Assembly: GCA_964016885.1 (NCBI GenBank)
Contig: OZ024754.1
Location: forward strand, 28,272,001-28,336,000
Direction of reading: 5' to 3'
Origin: Eledone cirrhosa
Taxonomy: Eukaryota
Length of the DNA stretch: 64,000 bases
This document shows, piece by piece, positions 57,829-64,000 of this stretch (position 1 is its first letter; the number at the start of each line of letters is the position of its first letter). Position numbers and translations under genes: made by a program. The notes under the pieces were generated by a model. The model was given only the letters and a program-made list of their open reading frames with translations, was not told where the DNA came from and searched no databases.

Positions 57829-58235
57829 AATATGATAATAATGGAGCTGCGGCGTTGCAAATGGGTTACATGTAAAAAAGTGAGTCCTTCATCAGTGACC
57901 CTCCAACCGTCCTAGGCATTTCATCGCTTTAAGGGCCATATACCTCAGGTTGGTGCGAACAACGGCTAAAAAAAGTCGTTGGGACACGTAAATAAAGAGA
58001 ACGTTAGGGTGAACAAACAAAATGGTTTAAGCAACAGAAAGTGAGAAGAAAGAGACAAGTCCCAGATTTCTATGAATATAAACTCGATAAAATCGTGAAC
58101 TAGAGAATAAAGACCATCAGACCTGGTTGAAATGTGAGCAAGGAAGGAATTTCGCACAGGTCTAACGAGAGGAAGAAGGGGTCTGGTCTGCGAATTCGGT
58201 AAACATAAGTTCTGTGAAGACGCAGACGAGAGAGA

Positions 58236-58270
<35 letters not shown>

Positions 58271-60409
58271 TACATATATATATAAATATACATATACACA
58301 TATGGGCCTTCCAGTTTCATTTCACATTATATACATGTCTGTGTATATCTTAATTATTTTAAAATTATTTTTAAGTGAACATGATTTTTCAAAAATATTT
58401 TGAAGTGAATGTGTCCCAGCGGGTCACAGGTGGTCTAGTATATTACTAAAAGTCTCTGATTGCTTGATTGCTTGTCTGTAATGTAATACAGCCAAAAGGG
58501 TACATAATGGGAAAATACTTTGAAAGAAAGTTGACCCTGAAATGGGAATACAAATGGAATAAAACCTTTTCATGTAAATCGGACCATGGGTTCCCGAGAT
58601 ATGGGGTTTTTCTGTTGTACCTTCATAAACAGAGAGAGAGAGATAGTGGTTGTGAGAGAGTTGATTGAAAGAGAGACATAGAGAGGGGGATAAGAGACAG
58701 AGAAGGAGAATGGAAGAGAGCTGATGGTGTTGTGTATATGTGAGTGTGTGTCTATAACCACTGTATATAGATCAGACACCCAAATACACACGCACACGCA
58801 CACATATATATACACATACATATATATATGTATATACACATACACATTTATATATATATACACACACGTATATGTATGGGCCTTCCAGTTTCATTTCACA
58901 TTATATACATGTCTGTGTATATTTTAATTATTTAAAAATTATTTTTAAATGAACATGATTTTAAAAAAATATTTTGAGGTGAATGTGACCCAACGGGTCA
59001 CAGGTGGTCTAGTATTATACATAAATATAGTAAAATAAAAAATATATAATATTTATTTATACATATATTATTTATTATATATAAATTAACAATTTTATTC
59101 ATTATATATTATTTACAGTTTGCATGTAGGCAGGTCTTTCTGGAAATAAGGTTGGGGTGCTGAGGGTACTATGAGGCCATGAGGGGAGCAATGACCCCAA
59201 CAGTTTGAGAACCTTTGCTCTAAAGCATAAATTTTTTTAGGATCTCTGATGAAAGACAGATTTGCTTTAATTGTTATCACTCTCGTTTCCCAATTGTATA
59301 AAATATTTATGAACATATCCATTAAAATTTGTGAAGTTTGAAACATGGTACATTTATTTCTTACTATCTAGTAAGGGAGGGAAAGCACAGCTCATAAGCA
59401 TTCTCAAGACCTCTAAGACTAGTTGGCAGAGAAAGGTATCCTCAAATTGCAGACCCATTCTGAATATTTGCAACAGAGTGGATTCTGCTGAAGTTCACCA
59501 AAGATCAGGTGGAGGTATTAAACTTGGCCATGGATTAAATTTACCACTCATGTAGGCCACAGCAGGATTTGAACTCAGAACACAAAAAACTGGAACAAAA
59601 CCTACGATGCTGTCTGATGCTCTAACAATTCTGTTAATCCACTCCAATGACTGACTTAGAAGCTCCCACATCGTGACACATGAGGCAGCCAAAGTGCTCC
59701 AATGACCACAGTCAGTTGCATCTATCAATACATCGTTTCATACATCGTTTCAACTTTTGTTGACAGGTTTCGGGTCTCTGTTGATAGTGTGCCACCAGTT
59801 CATCTTAGGACATCCTCTTTGTCTCTTTCCATGGGTGTACCAATACAGGACTTGACATGTCCCAACCAGCCAATACTTGCACATAATGTTAGACACATGT
59901 TGGTGGTGGGTTTGTTGATGGACTCCCGCAGGAGTTACGGGACCATGCAATGGTCTCTATTAAGAGCTCTGATGTCCTCGGTCCCCAGACAACCACAGAG
60001 GAGCAGAAGATATTTATATATCTGGCATCAACTGATCTTTTTCTTATTTGGTGTCCGCAAGCCATGCACTGCTGTTCTACAAGATAGTAAAGCTTTCTCT
60101 ACCTTACCCACAGGTGCAGCTGAGATATGTCATCAAGCCAAGCATGTCGAGTTCACCTTCACCTTACTTCTCTCCCTCTTTTTTCTCTCTATGTCATCAT
60201 GATGTTCTTGTGTCTTTCTCTTTATGTCCTTATGATGTTCTTGTGTCTTTTACAGTTTCCAAGGGCCAGGACATGCAGGGAACACCCCCAGCCCTAGTGG
60301 GGGGTCTGCCTGTAGGGAGTGGTGTCTCTCCACAGCCAGCTTTCATGTACCGTGGCATCTGGATTCCGTTTATACTTACCATACCCCAGGGACAGACCAA
60401 ATCAGTATT
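39577..60409 (+). CDS. MON2: MON2 homolog (Arf-GEF-like endosome/Golgi trafficking protein), spliced CDS, first 11 coding exons; 3' part lies outside the window
   Basis: Exons 39577-39702, 41322-41388, 42477-42604, 43131-43262, 49198-49330, 49844-49944, 53584-53709, 54396-54590, 55194-55318, 56492-56625 and 60256-60409 all have AG/GT ends and consistent phases. The joined protein ([27 protein letters not shown]...[10 protein letters not shown]...[36 protein letters not shown]...[14 protein letters not shown]...[15 protein letters not shown]...[11 protein letters not shown]) is colinear with vertebrate MON2 as I recall it. Confidence 0.96.
41322..41388 (+). CDS. MON2: MON2 coding exon 2
   Basis: ttttccag|[25 protein letters not shown]+1 nt, donor |GTAAGT. 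Confidence 0.9.
41534..41741. mobile_element. piggyBac-type MITE in MON2 intron 2
   Basis: TTAA|CCCTTTCGCATTTA...TAAATGCTAATGGG|TTAA. Confidence 0.85.
42477..42604 (+). CDS. MON2: MON2 coding exon 3
   Basis: atacag|GT, (G)[42 protein letters not shown], donor |GTATGT. Confidence 0.92.
43131..43262 (+). CDS. MON2: MON2 coding exon 4
   Basis: ttttag|[47 protein letters not shown], donor |GTAATT. Confidence 0.94.
43330..43481 (+). mobile_element. Helitron 3' end
   Basis: GCCGTCA-tttt-TGACGGC hairpin (43450-43467), 10 nt before CTAG|T (43478-43481); 28-bp tandem repeat upstream; 5' boundary uncertain. Confidence 0.65.
43520..43735. mobile_element. piggyBac-type MITE inserted into a SINE core
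   Basis: TTAA at both ends; the SINE core AACTTTGCC...TCCATTTGAAGTTGATAAAAAAGTACCAG is split around it. Confidence 0.85.
44980..45950 (+). mobile_element. Two related RTE-derived non-autonomous elements with (ATGT)n tails
   Basis: Shared ACTCTGATATAA(C/A)ACCTGCAAC...AGAGTGGGA segment; C2H2-like remnant [17 protein letters not shown]; 3' stem ACTCGAAAACGAGT followed by ATGT repeats. Confidence 0.55.
47254..47575 (+). mobile_element. Dong/R4-clade non-LTR element, 3' fragment (C-terminus of the restriction-like endonuclease region)
   Basis: [43 protein letters not shown]; (TAA)n on both sides. Confidence 0.8.
47585..49138 (-). mobile_element. Tx1/L1-clade LINE 3' portion (RT C-terminus + CCHC knuckle), disrupted
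   Basis: [29 protein letters not shown]; [25 protein letters not shown]. Confidence 0.88.
49198..49330 (+). CDS. MON2: MON2 coding exon 5
   Basis: ttgtag|[47 protein letters not shown]+1 nt, donor |GTAATT. Confidence 0.94.
49844..49944 (+). CDS. MON2: MON2 coding exon 6
   Basis: tttcag|AA, (E)[33 protein letters not shown], donor |GTAACT. Confidence 0.92.
50064..53254. repeat. 66-bp minisatellite (~48 copies, with 64-bp variants) in MON2 intron 6
   Basis: Unit GGTGGGGCTGATGTAGCGGGTATTGCTGGCTGTTCTTCATGACAATACTCTCAGTATCTGGACTGT. Confidence 0.97.
53584..53709 (+). CDS. MON2: MON2 coding exon 7
   Basis: tttcag|[45 protein letters not shown], donor |GTGAGT. Confidence 0.95.
54396..54590 (+). 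CDS. MON2: MON2 coding exon 8
   Basis: ttacag|[32 protein letters not shown]...[30 protein letters not shown], donor |GTAAGT. Confidence 0.95.
55194..55318 (+). CDS. MON2: MON2 coding exon 9
   Basis: ttgtag|[44 protein letters not shown]+2 nt, donor AG|GTATCT. Confidence 0.94.
55452..55631 (+). mobile_element. tRNA-derived SINE, family 1, with 18-bp target-site duplication
   Basis: ATTATAGATTTAATACTG at 55434-55451 and 55632-55649. Confidence 0.9.
56492..56625 (+). CDS. MON2: MON2 coding exon 10
   Basis: tttcag|A, (R)[44 protein letters not shown]+1 nt, donor |GTATGT. Confidence 0.93.
56782..59012 (+). mobile_element. Tandem pair of non-autonomous Helitrons (56782-58438 and 58439-59012)
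   Basis: A|TCTATC 5' end; both units end in a TGTGACCC-n3-GGGTCACA-type hairpin followed by GGTGGT-CTAG|T; the units are homologous along their length. Confidence 0.8.
57088..57754 (+). mobile_element. 5'-truncated RTE family A inserted in the first Helitron
   Basis: Almost identical to 29763-30427; (ATG)n tail. Confidence 0.93.
59650..60185 (-). mobile_element. Decayed RTE-clade 3' fragment
   Basis: [24 protein letters not shown] resembles the RTE W.P.GKR.RGRP motif. Confidence 0.55.
60256..60409 (+). CDS. MON2: MON2 coding exon 11
   Basis: ttacag|TT, (V)[50 protein letters not shown]+2 nt, donor |GTAAGT. Confidence 0.9.
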
Positions 60410-63103
60410 GTAAGTGGATTTCTAATTTTATGTTTTTTCATTAACCCTTTAGCATTTAAAGCGGCTATATTTGGCCAGAATTCTCTCACCTCTTTTTGTT
60501 CAAACTAGTTGTAACCAGTGCACATTCCGACGTTAAATAAATATCAAAATCTCATAGATTCAATATTATGTGGGATAATTATGTAAGGTAAAGTTTTTAT
60601 CGTGAAAATCTAATAGTAAATATAGAGTAATGTAAATACTAAAGGTTATACAAATGATTGTTCAAAATTGGTTGTTTCCTATATGGTTAGAATTCTAATT
60701 ATTTTTTATAGATGTTCCAGTTTTGGTTTATTATCATTTTTTCTTTTTACCATACTAGAATAGGTTGGATAGGTCATCACAGACCAAGTCAGTACTCAAT
60801 ACATTGGACTGGGGTAGCATCTTAGCTTACATATGCTTCTACATTTAATTGGGCATACTGGTTGTATTTTATTGTGACACTAAGTAGGTTATCATACCAC
60901 TGACATAGCTGAAGAGTCCTTGCAACCCTATATTTGGCAGGTTTTCAATGGTTGATGCCTTTCTTAATACCAACCACTTAAGTATGCACTGGGTGCATTT
61001 TATCATGGCACCAACTTTAGATAGGTTGTTTTGTTGGTGATGTCATTAGAGGGAGCCACATGGGTTGTTTAGATGAGGTTCTGACCATTCCCATTAATGC
61101 TGCCATCTCTGCATTCCATATATTTGCTTTATAAAATATTCTGTCACATTTCACGTGTTCATGTTAAATATGGTGTTTGGAGTGAAAAGATTATTAGATG
61201 ACAATTAAAAATGAGGAGGAATGGAGGAAACATGGAATTGTAAGGGGAAGAATATGGCCTGGGTCTCTGAGAACCACTGGACTGGACAATTATTGTTTTG
61301 AAAAGCTTACGCATGGTGCTAAGGTGAAAAATGAGTAGATGACAATTTAAAATATGAGAAGTAAATAGGAGATCTGGAATTGCAAGGAGAAGAATATAGG
61401 TCTTAGAGAATCACTTCTCTCAATGAATTATTTTTCCAATCAGTAAGGTTTTCCAGTGTCTATTGAAGTGTTTATAGGGTATACCATATTTTTGATTTTT
61501 CTGTCAGAAAAAGTTAATTTTTTTGTGTTTAATACAAGAAAATTTTGAAAAATGGAGGGGCTAGGGGGATGGGGGCGTGTTATAAATGAGTAAATGTTTT
61601 CAGAAATCTTTACTGAGCTTAAAAAAAAAATCATTTAATAAATAATATTGTCATACCAAACAGAAAAGTATATTAGCTTCATTAGCATCAGCCTGATAAA
61701 CCAACAGATATGAGACAGACTTTAGACATATAAAATGTCTGCTACATGCATGTTTGTGTTTTGGTAAAATATTCCATTTATTTTCTGTGTTACAGTTTAT
61801 AGTTTCATCTCATCGGAATTATCTCCCTTATGTTAAAAGTTCTACTAAAGATCTCTATAACAATAACTAGTGAATATTTTTGTCTCAGTCACATGAACCC
61901 TCCACTCTGACAAAAATATTTTAAAATTTTTATTTCGAAATCATGGAACGCAAAATGTAAGACAAAAAGTAAGAGGTTGGTGGTGGGCCACTGTTCTAAA
62001 ATACATTCTATGTCTCTTTGTTTCCCCCTCTCTCTTTGTTTCCCCCCCTCTCTCTCTCTCTCTCTTTCTATATACTTATATATAGCAGCTGAAACTGCTT
62101 GGCGTTTATTCACATATATTGTATTGGTGTGTAACGTTTAGTGACTATTGGTTCACCAGTTTGAGCACTCAATGCCAGTGTGGTATTCCACGTTTGGTAT
62201 TACACTGTAATTGAAATATTTAAGAAACAGTGTTAATAATAACAAGGAGCAGGACTGAAGCATCAATATAAGCCTCATTAGGTTTATTCACATGTGACAT
62301 GTGTTTCACGATCAATCAGCTCAACGTACAATTGGTATCAATTGTGCCCAACTCTGGAATTGATACTGATCATACCTTGGGCTGATCGATTGTGAAACGC
62401 GTTACATATGTGAATAAACATAACGACGCTATATTGATACTTTGTTCCTGCTCCTCATTATTATTATTATATATTGGCGGTGGATTGGCAGTATTGGAAG
62501 AGGGTCGGACGCTATGCTTTGACGCATAGAGTTACGGCCCTTGACATTCTGAGTTCGAATCCCGCCGAGGTTAACTTTGCCTTTCATTCTTACGGGATCG
62601 ATAAAATAAAGTACCAGTAATACTCTGGGTAATTGCTGGCCTTGTGCCAAAAAGTAGAAACAATTATTATTATTATTATATATCTATATATGGTGTTAGG
62701 AAGAGCATCCAGCCATAGAAAACCTGCCTATACGAGCGAGACATGGTCACCTGACCAATCTTGCCTCAAGTGGGACAATTCCTGTCTAACCCATGCTAGC
62801 GTGGAAGATAGACATTAAACGATGATGATATATATATTGTCCTACCTATGCTAGCGTGAAAGATGGATGTTAAATGATGATGATGATATATAATGCCCCA
62901 GTCTTCACTACCTTTTTATTTCTTCTTTAATTTCTCATTCTATTTTCTGGTGAAGGATTATCTTCTGAAGCTTCTGAAACATTACGACTCTTTCCTATTA
63001 TATCAAGTGTAAAACTAATAATGTATTTCTTCATTGATTTTGTGTCATTTGTGTTGTTATTTCTGTTTGCCTTTTGCATACACACACACACATATGTGCA
63101 TGT

Positions 63104-63143
<40 letters not shown>

Positions 63144-63310
63144 CCACACTCATCAAACTTATATGCATTCTATATCATCGATCTCTCCCTGTCTCCCCTA
63201 TCTCTATTTCTCGCTATATAAATATATATATATATATGTGCTGAATAGGACCCATCCCACCCTTGCAAGCAGGGAAAATTGGATGTAAAATGATGATGAT
63301 GATTATATAT

Positions 63311-64000
63311 ATCATCATCATCGTTTAACGTCTATCTTCCACGCTAGCATGGGTTTAGACGGGAATTGTCCCACTTGAGGCAAGATTGGTCATCTCGCTC
63401 GTATAGGACTGTCTGGCAGGTTTTCTACGGCTGGATGCCCTTCCTAACACCAACCATATTTACAGTGTGGACTGGGAGGTTTTTACCGTGATACCTACAC
63501 GGCCACATTACAGCGTGGACTGTGTGTTTTTTGTCGTGACACCTACATGACCTCATTTATTTAGGACTAGATGTTGTGGTACCAACATAACTTTACAGAG
63601 AAAGGGGTGGGGGAGTTAGGGTAGTGGGATGGGGGTGAATATTTGATTAAGAGGTGCCTACTGACTGTAGGTTTTGCTTTGTACTTAGGCAAGGCAGGTC
63701 TTCTGTATTACTGCGTAGCGCCAAAGATCTCGGTCCAGTGACATTGTCTTGGAGAGGTATAAGTGTGTAAGGTCGGAATTTATCAAATCGTCCCAGGTTT
63801 TTATTGGTCTGCCTACTCCGTAACTTCCATCAATTTTGATCGCCCTGCACTTTTTTATACAGTTGTCGTCTTTCATGCGCATCGCGTGACCATACCAACG
63901 CAGTCTTCTCTCGAGTAAACAGCATCTGATCCCTCTTATACCTAATTTCTCACTTAGTTCATTTATGCTTTGCTCTTCACATATATTACTATTACACATC
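63311..64000 (-). mobile_element. RTE family A 3' portion, diverged copy
   Basis: [31 protein letters not shown]; 3' UTR and (CAT)n tail. Confidence 0.9.

Larger units (their letters stand above)
56662..59217. mobile_element. hAT (Charlie-like) MITE enlarged by nested insertions
   Basis: TIR CAGAGGTTCTCAA / TTGAGAACCTTTG; 8-bp TSD CTCTAAAG at 56654-56661 and 59218-59225. Confidence 0.85.

Noticed and set aside
61780-61830. Possible MON2 exon 12 after TTACAG
   Set aside because: Immediate in-frame TAG and no similarity to the expected LEMLDK..PP segment.

Overview
Eukaryotic, AT-rich, very repeat-dense genomic DNA. The repeat landscape (kilobase (TA)n arrays, (ATG)n-tailed RTE LINEs, tRNA-derived SINEs) suggests a coleoid cephalopod such as Octopus; this is an inference. 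The only host gene I can support is MON2 on the + strand: 11 phase-consistent coding exons at 39577-60409, continuing beyond the window. The rest is mobile DNA. It includes a nearly intact CR1/L2-group LINE inside a TA array plus a near-identical inverted 3' copy, two RTE families with a PHD-like finger inside the RT, Tx1/L1 and Dong/R4 fragments, piggyBac/hAT/mariner MITEs, tandem Helitrons and a 3.2-kb 66-bp minisatellite. The most interesting signal is a recurring architecture: a fold-back palindrome with a one-sided tail, next to a microsatellite. At least three such elements (21.3, 27.2 and 27.8 kb) carry type I hammerhead ribozyme cores head-to-head on both strands, like Penelope pLTRs. 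Other highlights are two in-frame -1 slippery heptamers linking ORF1 to the ATG-less ORF2 of the LINE, and a multi-level hAT>Helitron>RTE nest in MON2 intron 10. All long Y/I/M/C-rich ORFs are microsatellite artefacts. No database search or folding program was run; family names come from recalled motifs.
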